This document shows, one piece after another, positions 48,386 to 58,946 of a DNA stretch of 64,000 nt. The notes beneath the pieces are model-generated. The model did no database searches. It had not been told where the DNA came from and worked only from the letters and a program-made list of their open reading frames with translations. The first letter of the stretch is position 1; each line of letters starts with the position of its first letter. Both the position numbers and the translations under genes were made by a program. Origin of the DNA: an uncultured Bacteroidales bacterium (GTDB lineage: Bacteria > Bacteroidota > Bacteroidia > Bacteroidales > JAGOPY01); contig CAWGKX010000008.1 in assembly GCA_963823285.1 (NCBI GenBank), positions 85,851-149,850 of the forward strand. Reading direction: 5' to 3'.

Positions 48386-48495
48386 TTAGAAAGTGGTCAT
48401 TAAGTTATTATTGGTTAATGGTTAGTGGTTAATGGTCGTTGGTCAGCGGCAGGCGTTAGTGTGGTCCGGCAAATACCTGAGCGGGCATTCAGAAT

Positions 48496-48541
48496 ACTGC
48501 CAACTGGGAACTGGGAACTGCGAACTGCGAACTGCGAACTA
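48496..48541. repeat. AACTG(C/G)G heptamer array
   Basis: Six units; overlaps the stop codon of the minus-strand gene. Confidence 0.85.
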
Positions 48542-49168
48542 ATCCTTAAACCTGGGTTCTCCTTCAAGAACAATGGGAATATGCTGCACTTCTTCGTGGA
48601 AGGCCAGCCAGTCGATGATCCTGATGGCAAGATCATCATCCAGCCTGCTCATATCGTAATAATAAATCTCATGAAACTTGTCTTTTTCCGAATGGGGCTT
48701 ATGGCTGTGATGAGGATCTTCGTTCTCGGGTATGATCTTCCCGTCATGCCGCTTTTTCTCAAGAAGTTCTTCGTAAATTTCCACCTCAACCTTATCGATT
48801 AATTTTGCGATATTGAAATAAATCACCCGGACATGCTTGTAATGAATCGTTTTAAATGGATGTATGATGTTTATGAATTCCGTCTTCTCGATCCGCTGGC
48901 TGCTTGAAAATAAACAAAGATGGTTATCCAGCCTGGTCTCTTTCTTATGTTCATTAATCTTACCAAAGACATCCCTGTATACCAATGGCAGGCGGTTCAC
49001 CCTGTTAACGAGGTTTTCCATCTTACCGATAAATTCTTCGTAAACTTCCTTATTCTTATTATAATTCTGCTGGATCCTGAATTTTTTATCCTGTATCCTA
49101 GCACTGCCGGCGGAGGATCCTCTCCTGCGGCTTTCCTGCCTTTCTATATCATCTAACCAATGTGGCAC
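48539..49168 (-). CDS. Hypothetical protein
   Basis: 209-aa ORF filling the gap, with a TAAATTTG promoter-like motif upstream. Confidence 0.7.
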   Translation of the reverse strand: MPHWLDDIERQESRRRGSSAGSARIQDKKFRIQQNYNKNKEVYEEFIGKMENLVNRVNRLPLVYRDVFGKINEHKKETRLDNHLCLFSSSQRIEKTEFINIIHPFKTIHYKHVRVIYFNIAKLIDKVEVEIYEELLEKKRHDGKIIPENEDPHHSHKPHSEKDKFHEIYYYDMSRLDDDLAIRIIDWLAFHEEVQHIPIVLEGEPRFKD

Positions 49169-49173
49169 TTGCG

Positions 49174-49281
49174 TGAGTGTTAAGTTTTAAGGTTTAAGGT
49201 TTAAGTTGGGGACTTAATTAATTTTTACCTTCTGCAAATTTAATAATTTTCCCGCACTTAAACCTTAAACCTTAACACTCA
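49174..49281. repeat. Inverted pair of GTTTAAG heptamer arrays around a 49-bp spacer
   Basis: TGAGTGTTAAG..GTTTAAGGTTTAAGT / ACTTAAACCTTAAACCTTAACACTCA. Confidence 0.8.
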
Positions 49282-49291
49282 AAACTTAAGC

Positions 49292-52200
49292 TTACATGTT
49301 CCGTCTGTATTGTCCTCCGACCTCAAAAAGCGCATGCGTGATCTGGCCTATTGAGCAGTACTTGGACACTTCCATTAATCCTTCGAATATATTTTCATTT
49401 TTCCTGTGCCCGCGCTTTCAGGTCTTCCAGCAACTCACCCGTCTTGTCGGCAAAGGTCTTATGAAGTTCTCCCAGCATAGCGATCTGGTATTCCTTCTCC
49501 TCCGGGGTTGCACGGATCACCTCCCCGGGGGTGATAGTAGGAGACCCTTCGGAAGACAGGAAAGTATTCACCCCGATGATAGGCAGCTCCCCGGTGTGCT
49601 TTAGCGTTTCGTAATAAAGCGACTCTTCCTGGATCTTGCTCCGCTGGTACATGGTTTCCATAGCGCCCAGCACCCCCCCTCTTTCCGTCAGCCTGTCGAA
49701 TTCCATCATGACGGCCTCTTCTACGAGGTCGGTAAGCTCCTCGATGATGAACGAGCCCTGGAGCGGGTTCTGGTTCTTTGCCAGTCCCAGTTCCCGGTTG
49801 ATGATGAGCTGGATAGCCACCGCGCGGCGGACAGATTCCTCGGTCGGGGTAGTGATAGCTTCGTCATAAGCATTGGTATGCAGCGAGTTGCAGTTGTCGT
49901 AAACGGCATAAAGTGCCTGGAGCGTGGTTCGGATATCGTTAAACCCGATTTCCTGGGCGTGCAGGGAACGGCCCGAGGTCTGAATGTGATACTTCAGCTT
50001 TTGCGACCTGTCGTCACCTCCGTATTTGTTCTTCATCGCCTTAGCCCAGATCAGCCGCGCCACCCTGCCCATGACCGAGTATTCCGGGTCGATGCCGTTG
50101 GAGAAAAAGAACGAGAGGTTCGGGGCGAATTTGTCGATCTCCATCCCCCTGGACAGATAATACTCGACATAGGTAAAGCCGTTAGACAGTGTCAGGGCGA
50201 GCTGGGTGACAGGATTGGCGCCCGCTTCGGCAATATGGTAGCCGGATATGGAAACCGAATAGAAGTTCCTGACGTTGTTACGGTTGAAATATTCCTGCAC
50301 ATCGCCCATCATCTTGATGGCAAAATCAGTGGAAAAAATGCAGGTGTTCTGCGCCTGGTCTTCCTTCAGGATATCGGCCTGAATGGTGCCGCGGACCCTG
50401 CAAAGCGTATCAGCTTTAATCTTTTCATAAACTTCCTTCGGCAAAACCTGGTCGCCGGTGATGCCGAGCAGCATCAGGCCCAGCCCGTCGTTGCCTTCCG
50501 GCAATTTCCCCTGGTAGTGCGGCCTTTTTGTCTTCTTTTTGGAATATATGTGGGCGATCTTCTTTTCAACCTCCGCCTCCAGGCCATTCTTACGGATATA
50601 TATCTCACATTCCTGGTCAATGGCCGCATTCATGAAGTAACCGACCAGCGTCGGCGCCGGGCCGTTGATAGTCATTGAGACTGATGTCTTCGGATCGGTG
50701 AGATGGAAACCGGAATAAAGCTTTTTGGCGTCGTCGAGGCACGAAATGGAGACGCCGGAGTTGCCGATCTTCCCGTAAATATCCGGGCGGATATCAGGAT
50801 CGTTGCCGTAAAGCGTGACCGAATCGAAAGCCGTTGAAAGTCTCTTGGCCCGCATGTGCCTGGACAGATAATGAAACCGCTTGTTGGTCCTCTCCGGGCC
50901 TCCTTCGCCGGCAAACATCCTGGTCGGGTCCTCCCCTTCGCGCTTGAACGGGAATACCCCCGCTGCATAAGGGAATTCGCCCGGCACATTCTCTTTCAGG
51001 TTCCACCTGACAATATCTCCCCAACCTTTATATTTCGGCAGGGATATTTTAGGGATTTTGGTATGTGAAAGGGATTCGATATGCGTTTCTACCTTAATTT
51101 TCTGGTCCCTGACCTGGAAAATATATTCAGGCTGGACATAGGAGGCCACCTTGAGGGGCCATGTCTCCAGGATGAACCTCGTCTTCCCGTCAAGCTCCGC
51201 TTCAATTTTTTTCTTTTCCTTATCAAGGGAAGCTATGACTTCACTATGCTCTTCGCCCTTTGCCCTGAGCATCTGAATCGTATCATGGATGGCCTGCAGC
51301 CTCTGTGCAACTTCCGCCTGCTTTTCAGCCCATTTATTATAATTTCTTACCGTCTCGGCAATCTCGGAAAGGTACCTGGTCCGGTTGGGCGGGATGATAA
51401 AGATCTTATCCGCATTTTCGACATCAACGTGCGTTTTCGAAACAAAACCTGCGCCGGTCTTTGAATTTATGATACCGATCAGCGCCTTGTAGAAAAGATT
51501 GACGCCCGGATCATTGTATTGCGAGGCGATCGTGCCGAACACCGGCATGGTATCCGGGTCTTCATGCCAGAGGCCGTGGTTGCGGGCAAATTGTTTGCGC
51601 ACGTCGCGCAGGGCATCCAGGGCGCCGCGTTTGTCGAACTTATTGATGGCGATGATATCGGCGAAGTCGAGCATGTCGATTTTCTCGAGTTGGGTGGCAG
51701 CGCCGTATTCCGGGGTCATCACGTACATCGATACGTCGCTGTGGTCGACGATCTCCGTATCCGACTGGCCAATGCCGGAGGTCTCCAGGATGATAAGATC
51801 ATATCCCGCTGCCTGCAAAATAATCTCGGCGTCTTTCACATACCGGGATACGGCGAGGTTCGATTGCCTGGTGGCCAGTGATCGCATATAAACCTGGGGG
51901 ATATTGATGGCGTTCATCCGGATGCGGTCGCCGAGCAAAGCCCCGCCGGTCTTGCGCTTGGAAGGATCTACGGAAATGATGCCGATGGTCTTTTCAGGGA
52001 AATCCTCGTGAAAGCGGCGGACGATCTCATCCACAAGTGAGGACTTGCCCGACCCCCCGGTACCGGTTATTCCCAGCACAGGCGATTTCTTCGAATGTTT
52101 CTTCATCCCGTCGATCAGGCCCCTCACGCTTTCGGGGAAATTCTCCGCAGCGGAGATCAGCCTTGCGATGGCGTAAACATCTTTTTGCTCAAGCTTTTTA

Positions 52201-52670
52201 AGGTTGATGTCGGCAATTTGCTTCCCCGTCGGGTAATCGGATTTCTCCATCAGGTCGTTGATCATGCCCTGCAGGCCCATCGAGCGGCCATCATCGGGAG
52301 AATAGATCCGTGAAATACCATATTTGTGCAGCTCTTCCATTTCCTGCGGCAGGATCACCCCGCCGCCGCCGCCGAAGATCTTAATGTGCCCGCAGCCTCT
52401 TTCGCGCAGCATGTCGAGCATGTAAGTGAAGAATTCCATATGCCCGCCCTGGTAGGAAGTGATCGCGATAGCCTGGGCATCTTCCTGAATGGCGCAGTCG
52501 ACAATTTCCCTGACGGACCGGTCATGGCCGAGATGGATCACTTCGGCGCCCGTGGCCTGGATAATGCGGCGCATGATGTTGATAGCGGCATCGTGCCCGT
52601 CGAAAAGCGAAGCTGCAGTGACTATCCTGATATGGTTCTTCGGAGTGTATGGTTTCTGTTCCGGATGCAT
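49292..52670 (-). CDS. icmF: Fused isobutyryl-CoA mutase / MeaI GTPase (apparent +1 frameshift near 49395-49420)
   Basis: FDGHD B12-binding motif, GTGGSGKS GTPase, TRMFAGEG mutase; conserved tail [12 protein letters not shown] in the shifted frame ending at 49292. Confidence 0.88.
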
Positions 52671-52730
52671 GATACAATGGATCTGGATCGCAAAGTTATA
52701 AAATCATTTTATATCTTTACCACTCATTAC

Positions 52731-52810
52731 ACCAATAACCAATAACCAATAACCAATAACCAATAACCAATAACCAATAACCAATAACCAATAACCAATA
52801 ACCAATAACC
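52731..52810. repeat. Perfect (ACCAATA)11 array directly before an ATG
   Basis: 80 bp, direct reading. Confidence 0.95.
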
Positions 52811-54169
52811 ATGCTCAAACAAATCATCTTCGCAATTTCACTGCTGGTCACACTAGGCATCTTTGCATACACTACGAGGCGTTACATCAGGTTTTTCAAA
52901 TTGACCAAACCATTCCCTGTTAAAGACTTCGGCAGGCGTTTTTGGGTGATGATGACAGTCGCTTTCGGGCAGTCGCGCATCCTGCGCAAGCCTGTGATCG
53001 GGCTGATGCACGCGATGGTCTGGTGGGGATTTTTAGTGATCCTGGTGGGAAGCATCGAGATGGTGATCGACGGGCTTTTCGGGACCGAAAGGGCACTGAG
53101 CGTCCTCGGCCCGGTTTACAGCGTGATCACTGCATCGGGAGACATTTTCGCCTTTATTATCCTCCTTGCAATCACAGCTTTCCTTTTCAGGAGGATCTTC
53201 ATGCACATCCGCCGCTTTACCGGCATCGAGATGAAGCATATATCGCACACAGATGCAAACCTGGCCCTGACGCTGATCCTTCTGCTGATGGTGTCGCTGC
53301 TTGGGTTGAATACCTTTTACCTGGCGATGGCCGGCGGCGGGGAAATGTGGGGGCTCGGAAGCGGGGCGGCTGGGATGCAGGGAATCGTGGGTGTTTTTCC
53401 CGTAAGCACATTTCTGGTCCCATTGGTAGCCGCCCTGCCCTGGAAGGCAATGTCCATCTGGTACGAGGTCTTCTGGTGGTCACATATATTGCTGATCTTC
53501 CTCTTTGCCAACATCCTTCCCTATTCCAAGCATTTCCATGTATTCATGTCGGTGCCGAATGTGTTTTTAAGCCGGCTGGAACCGCTGGGCTATTTACCGA
53601 ATATGCCGGAAATCACGAAAGAGGTGAGGAAAATGATGGACCCGAACCTTGCATTTGCGGCGCCCGAGGAAGGCGAGGCTCCGCCGGTATCGCGCTTCGG
53701 GGTGCTGGATGTTGAGGACATCAACTGGAAGAACTACCTCGACTCGCTGGCGTGCACCGAATGCGGCCGCTGCACCGAGGCCTGCCCGGCTAATATGACG
53801 GGGAAAAAACTCTCGCCGAGAAAGATCATTATGGACATCAGGGCCAGGATGAAGGAAAAAGGCCCGGGGCTTGTCAAAAACAAATCCTACAGCGACGGCA
53901 AGTCGCTTATACGGGATTCTGTTTCCGAAGAGGAGCTGTGGGCGTGCACCACCTGCAACGCCTGTGCCCGCGAGTGCCCGGTGAATATCAACCATCCGTC
54001 GCTGATCGTGGATATGCGCCGCTACCTGGTCATGGAAGAGGCCAAAGCACCGGGAGGGCTCAACGCAATCTTCACCAATATCGAGAATAACGGGGCGCCG
54101 TGGCAGTTTTCGCCGCAGGATCGGCTTAACTGGGCAGAAGAAATTTATTTGACTGTTAATGAAGGATAA
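52811..54169 (+). CDS. Membrane-bound Fe-S oxidoreductase, FadF/HdrD-like N-terminal part
   Basis: TM block with SKHFH; CTECGRCTEACP and CTTCNACARECP. Confidence 0.88.
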   Translation: MLKQIIFAISLLVTLGIFAYTTRRYIRFFKLTKPFPVKDFGRRFWVMMTVAFGQSRILRKPVIGLMHAMVWWGFLVILVGSIEMVIDGLFGTERALSVLGPVYSVITASGDIFAFIILLAITAFLFRRIFMHIRRFTGIEMKHISHTDANLALTLILLLMVSLLGLNTFYLAMAGGGEMWGLGSGAAGMQGIVGVFPVSTFLVPLVAALPWKAMSIWYEVFWWSHILLIFLFANILPYSKHFHVFMSVPNVFLSRLEPLGYLPNMPEITKEVRKMMDPNLAFAAPEEGEAPPVSRFGVLDVEDINWKNYLDSLACTECGRCTEACPANMTGKKLSPRKIIMDIRARMKEKGPGLVKNKSYSDGKSLIRDSVSEEELWACTTCNACARECPVNINHPSLIVDMRRYLVMEEAKAPGGLNAIFTNIENNGAPWQFSPQDRLNWAEEIYLTVNEG

Positions 54170-54175
54170 TATTTC

Positions 54176-54335
54176 ACCACATAGGCACATAGGACACAAC
54201 TTGTCCCGATCCATCGGGATAGTAAAACACATAGGGTTTAATGCTAAAATCAATCTATACTTTTATAGCTGAAAAAGTTTAAAATTACATCAGATCTCTA
54301 TGTGTCTTTCTATGTGTCCTATGTGTCTATGTGGT
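54176..54335. repeat. Inverted CACATAGG nonamer-like arrays (MITE-like)
   Basis: ACCACATAGGCACATAGGACACA versus TGTGTCCTATGTGTCTATGTGGT (22/23 complementary). Confidence 0.8.
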
Positions 54336-54348
54336 TAATACAAAAAAT

Positions 54349-55191
54349 ATGGAAAAAAGAAAAGTGACTGTGCCGATAATGTCCGAGGTTTTCGCGTCCG
54401 GCCAGCGTCCCGAGTACCTCTTCTGGGTCGGCTCGGCCGGTGCGTTTGATGATCGTTACAAAAAGGTGACCCGTGAATTTGTCAAGATACTGACCCATTT
54501 TGGAATCAGCTACGCTGTATTAGGCACTGAAGAAGCCGACAGCGGCGATGTGGCACGCCGGGCAGGAAATGAAATGCTTTTCCAGATGCAGGCGCTGATG
54601 AATATCGGGATCTTCAAAAAGTACGAGGTGAAAAAGATCCTCACCTGCTGCCCGCACGACTATAATACTTTCAAAAACGAGTACCCGGATTTCGGCGGGC
54701 AGTTTGAGGTAATACACCATACACAGTTTCTCGCTGAGCTGATTGTAAATTCCAAATCCCAAGCACCAAATTCCAAACAAATTCAAAATTCAAAATCAAA
54801 AATTCAAAATCAATTCAACATTCAACCTTCAACATTCAACATTACCTTTCACGACCCTTGTTACCTCGGCAGAGCGAATGGTGAATACAACGCGCCCAGG
54901 ACTGTGCTCTCCGCCCTCTGCCCTTCGCTGATTGAAATGAAAAGGTCAAAGAGTTTCGCACTTTGCTGCGGCGCCGGCGGCGGACAAATGTTCAAGGAAG
55001 CGGAAAAGGGAGATAAGGAAGTGTTTATCGAACGGATTGAAGATGTCATTGCAACGGGTGCGGATATTGTCGCCACCGCCTGCCCTTTCTGCATGGTGAT
55101 GATGACCGACGGGATCAAGTATAAGAATAAGGAAGAAGAGTTGAAGAATTATGATATTGCAGAGTTGGTCAGTATGGCTTTGGGGATTTGA
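54349..55191 (+). CDS. CCG-domain (Fe-S)-binding protein, HdrD/FadF C-terminal part
   Basis: TCCPH, FHDPCYLGR, CCGAGGG, TACPFC. Confidence 0.9.
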   Translation: MEKRKVTVPIMSEVFASGQRPEYLFWVGSAGAFDDRYKKVTREFVKILTHFGISYAVLGTEEADSGDVARRAGNEMLFQMQALMNIGIFKKYEVKKILTCCPHDYNTFKNEYPDFGGQFEVIHHTQFLAELIVNSKSQAPNSKQIQNSKSKIQNQFNIQPSTFNITFHDPCYLGRANGEYNAPRTVLSALCPSLIEMKRSKSFALCCGAGGGQMFKEAEKGDKEVFIERIEDVIATGADIVATACPFCMVMMTDGIKYKNKEEELKNYDIAELVSMALGI

Positions 55192-55195
55192 AGGG

Positions 55196-55260
55196 AAGAC
55201 TGTAGACGGTAAGACTGTAAGACTGTAAGACTGTAGGACTGTAAGACTGTAAGACGGGAA
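55196..55260. repeat. AGACTGTA octamer array
   Basis: Same unit family as the array at 46016. Confidence 0.9.
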
Positions 55261-55302
55261 AATTAAGAATCGGGCAATTGGACAATAGAACACCTGAACA
55301 CA

Positions 55303-57381
55303 ATGAAAACAATCTCTGATCTTCAGCAAAGGGTATCGCAGCTGGAAGCTTTGCTTGTCAAGATGAACGCCGTGGAGGAGCAAAACAGGATATTCAGGGC
55401 TGCTATCCAACAAAGCCCCACAGGGATCGCAATCAGCGATGAGCATGGTAAGATTGAATTTGCAAACGCCGGCTTCACCAAAATCCTGGGCTATCATCCT
55501 GAAGAGATAAATCGTAAAATTTTAAGTTCTTTAATGGGTGACGATGAGAGCCGCATCAAATTCAGGATCATGTCGGATGCATTTCAGAAAGGTAATGAGT
55601 GGAGCGGAGAGGTCAGGGTGATCAGGAAAAACAGACAGATCGTCTGGATCCGGCTGTTTGTATTTCCAATTATCCAGGAAAGCGGGATTAATAAATTTGT
55701 GACCATTATTGTCGATATCAACAATCTGAAAATCATTGAAATAAAAAGGCAGGAGCAGGATGCTGTTTATCAAACCCTGGTAGAAAATATTCCTTTGGGG
55801 ATTGCCACTTTCGATGCAAACGGCAAAATATTTTTCGCCAATGAAATTATTGAAAAGACCCTGGGCATGGAAAAGGGCAGCGCTTCGGGGAAAACAGTCC
55901 ACCAGGTTTTTCCCCCGGAAACTGCCGTTGACCAGATCAAATTGATACGGAAGGTATTTAAAACAGGCAAGCCTGTCAATGCCGACAGACAGTTGCGCCT
56001 GGATGGCAGGGTGATGCATCTCAAGGTCACACGCCGGCCATTGTTCAGCGAGAACGGGAAGGTGACCGGCGTTCTGGCCATTGCCCAGGATATGACGGAA
56101 CATACAAGACAGGATCAAATGATGAATATCCTTTCCCGGATCGATTCACTCAGCAATATCACGACCAACCTGCAATTATCGCTTGATATCGTCTTTAAGT
56201 ATTTAATGCAAATTGACTGGGTGGATTGCGGTGGTTTCTATCATGTGAACAACGAAAAAAAAATCCTTGAAATGGTTTACCACACAGGATTATCAGAGGA
56301 TTTCATTAAAAACACATCAGTATACTCTTTTGATAGCGGTAATGCAAGGCTAGTTTTCGATAAAAAGCCGAAGTTCGTGAGGGTCGGATCTTATATTTCC
56401 TCGTCCGATGAGGATGTTCATAAAGAAAAGATAACTTTTATTGCAGCATTACCACTGGTTTTTCATGACAGGGTCATTGGTCTGCTCAACCTTGCTTCAA
56501 AAAGTGTAAAGGATCTGGATGAAACCGACCGCCAGGCCATTAAGACCATTGCCCTGAAAATTGCCAACCTCATAGAACTTATTCAAACCAGGGAAGAACT
56601 GGACAGGTCCAATTCCGAACTAAAGGAACATCTTATAGAAATCAGGGATAAACAGCAACTTCTGATCCAGAAATCCCGCCTGGAATCGCTCGGGGAATTG
56701 CTGGCCGGCCTGGCGCATGAGATTAACCAGCCTCTTTCGGTGATATCGCTGGCTATGGAGAACATCAACTATAAAATGCATCAGCAAGGAGCTTCAGAGG
56801 ATTACCTGGCCGGAAAATTCAATTCCATCACCCAAAATATCAATAAAATCAAGGATCTGATCGATCATGTCCGCATCTTTTCACATGACCGGGGAACCGT
56901 CATATTTGAACGCATCGATGTGAACCAGGTGATCCTGAATGCATTATCAATGATTGAATCCCAGCTCAGGAGCCTCCAGATCAAGGTCGTAACTGAATTG
57001 CCGGCTAAAATCGGCTATAGTATCGGAAATCCATCGCGTTTAGAGCAGGTTATCCTGAACCTGGTTTCCAACGCCAGGGATGCGCTGGTGGAAAAAGAGA
57101 AGAAAAACCCGCCCGGAAAGCTTTCAAAGGAGATCCGCATCAAGACTTACATTGAAAATGACTGCATCATGTTATGCGTCCGGGATAACGGCACAGGCAT
57201 TTCGGAAAAAAACATGGAAAAGATTTTCAACCCGTTTTTTACGACCAAGGCGGAAGGGCTGGGCACCGGGCTTGGATTGTCGATAGTTTATGGAATTATC
57301 AACGAAATGAAAGGTGAAATTGCAGTCAATTCCCGGGAAGGTGTGTCCACGGAAATCATTATCTCCCTCCCCCGTTATTAA
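55303..57381 (+). CDS. Cytoplasmic PAS-PAS-GAF histidine kinase
   Basis: Two PAS domains, [29 protein letters not shown]. Confidence 0.92.
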   Translation: MKTISDLQQRVSQLEALLVKMNAVEEQNRIFRAAIQQSPTGIAISDEHGKIEFANAGFTKILGYHPEEINRKILSSLMGDDESRIKFRIMSDAFQKGNEWSGEVRVIRKNRQIVWIRLFVFPIIQESGINKFVTIIVDINNLKIIEIKRQEQDAVYQTLVENIPLGIATFDANGKIFFANEIIEKTLGMEKGSASGKTVHQVFPPETAVDQIKLIRKVFKTGKPVNADRQLRLDGRVMHLKVTRRPLFSENGKVTGVLAIAQDMTEHTRQDQMMNILSRIDSLSNITTNLQLSLDIVFKYLMQIDWVDCGGFYHVNNEKKILEMVYHTGLSEDFIKNTSVYSFDSGNARLVFDKKPKFVRVGSYISSSDEDVHKEKITFIAALPLVFHDRVIGLLNLASKSVKDLDETDRQAIKTIALKIANLIELIQTREELDRSNSELKEHLIEIRDKQQLLIQKSRLESLGELLAGLAHEINQPLSVISLAMENINYKMHQQGASEDYLAGKFNSITQNINKIKDLIDHVRIFSHDRGTVIFERIDVNQVILNALSMIESQLRSLQIKVVTELPAKIGYSIGNPSRLEQVILNLVSNARDALVEKEKKNPPGKLSKEIRIKTYIENDCIMLCVRDNGTGISEKNMEKIFNPFFTTKAEGLGTGLGLSIVYGIINEMKGEIAVNSREGVSTEIIISLPRY

Positions 57382-57476
57382 ATAATTGTTGAAAAAAAAT
57401 GATAACTTGTTATTATTTTATATATTAGCCGGTTAAAGATCGGCGTTTTTTTGATCTTTCAGCAAAAACCCAATTC

Positions 57477-58856
57477 ATGGACCAAGGAAAAACCAGCATT
57501 CTGGTATTGGATGATGAGGCGGAAATCCGCGGAGAAATCAGCGAATTTCTGACTGGCAGAGACATCCGGGTAAAGGACGCCGCCACCCCTCGGGAGGCTT
57601 TCAGAATATTGGCAGGACACCCTATCGATATTGCCATCCTCGACATCCGGCTTCCCGAAATGAACGGGATCGATGTCTTAAAGGAAATGCGGCGCATCTA
57701 CCCGAATATCCAGGTGATCATGATGAGCGGGCACGGTGACATGGATTCGGTGATCCAGGCGCTGCGCCTCGGCGCCGTGGATTATTTCCCGAAGCCTTTC
57801 CACCTGGCTGATATGCACCAGGCCATAGAAAAAACCAGGAAATATATTGCCGCCAGGACGTCACTGAACGGGGAATACTTCAAATACGTAGTGAAGGAAA
57901 CCCATAATGAATCCGCCGTGTCGATGATCGTTATCAGTCCCGCCATGAAAGCGGCGGTAGAAAAAATGAAGCTGGTGGCGCGTTCCAAAGACACCTGCGT
58001 ACTGATCACTGGCGAAAGCGGAACAGGGAAAGAACTGATCGCCCAGGGGATCCATTATCTGAGCGTCCGCAAGGACAGGCCTTTCCATGCCGTGAACTGC
58101 TCCACCATTCCCGATGAGCTTTTCGAGAGCGAATTCTTCGGCTATAAAAAAGGTGCGTTCACCGGGGCCGGCACCGACAAGGCAGGGTGGTTCGAGGCGG
58201 CCGACGGGGGCACTTTGTTCCTGGACGAAATTGGCGACCTGAAACCTAACCTGCAGGCCAAGCTGCTCCGGGTCATGGAAAACCATCAGGTCAGCCGCCT
58301 GGGCTCCACGACCACCAAAAAAATTGATGTCAGGGTCATCGCCGCCACCAACCAGGACCTGGAAAAGCTCATCCTTGAAAACCGCTTCCGGCAGGATCTC
58401 TACCACAGGATAAACACATTTGTCATAGATATTCCGGCTTTACGCGAACGGACCGAAAGCATCCCGACGCTCTTCAACCATTACCTTGATTATTACGCCC
58501 AAAAGCTGGAGCGCAGCGTGCCGAAAGTCGACAAAGCCATCATCGATGCCCTGATGCATTATGATTTCCCGGGCAATGTCAGGGAACTGAAGCACATCGT
58601 TGAAAGGGCGCTGATCCTATGCGAGGGAAACACGCTTAATTTCGACCATTTCGACCACTTGAAGATCAAGATGCAAAAGCCCTGCACATCTACGGAGAAT
58701 AACACTCCCTCCCGCTCCCTTGAAAGCCTGGAGAAAGAATCCATCCGGGCGGCCCTGGCCGAAACGGGCAACAACAAGTCGCAAGCCGCACGTATGCTGA
58801 AGATCTCGCGCCAGGCGCTGAATAGGAAGATAGAGAAGTATGATCTTGGCAGGTAG
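57477..58856 (+). CDS. Sigma54-dependent response regulator
   Basis: Receiver domain, [25 protein letters not shown]. Confidence 0.93.
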   Translation: MDQGKTSILVLDDEAEIRGEISEFLTGRDIRVKDAATPREAFRILAGHPIDIAILDIRLPEMNGIDVLKEMRRIYPNIQVIMMSGHGDMDSVIQALRLGAVDYFPKPFHLADMHQAIEKTRKYIAARTSLNGEYFKYVVKETHNESAVSMIVISPAMKAAVEKMKLVARSKDTCVLITGESGTGKELIAQGIHYLSVRKDRPFHAVNCSTIPDELFESEFFGYKKGAFTGAGTDKAGWFEAADGGTLFLDEIGDLKPNLQAKLLRVMENHQVSRLGSTTTKKIDVRVIAATNQDLEKLILENRFRQDLYHRINTFVIDIPALRERTESIPTLFNHYLDYYAQKLERSVPKVDKAIIDALMHYDFPGNVRELKHIVERALILCEGNTLNFDHFDHLKIKMQKPCTSTENNTPSRSLESLEKESIRAALAETGNNKSQAARMLKISRQALNRKIEKYDLGR

Positions 58857-58946
58857 TCGGTTGTCAACAGTCTGCGGTTAGCAGTCAACGTTCATTGAGA
58901 GTTTTTGCTCATATTAATTCTTTTATATTTGTCGAAATCAAAATTG

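Noticed and set aside
49395-49420. Programmed frameshift in icmF
   Set aside because: IcmF is a continuous protein in known cases, and similar indels elsewhere point to sequence error.
52671-52730. Cobalamin riboswitch upstream of icmF
   Set aside because: Too little unique sequence and no B12-box motif.
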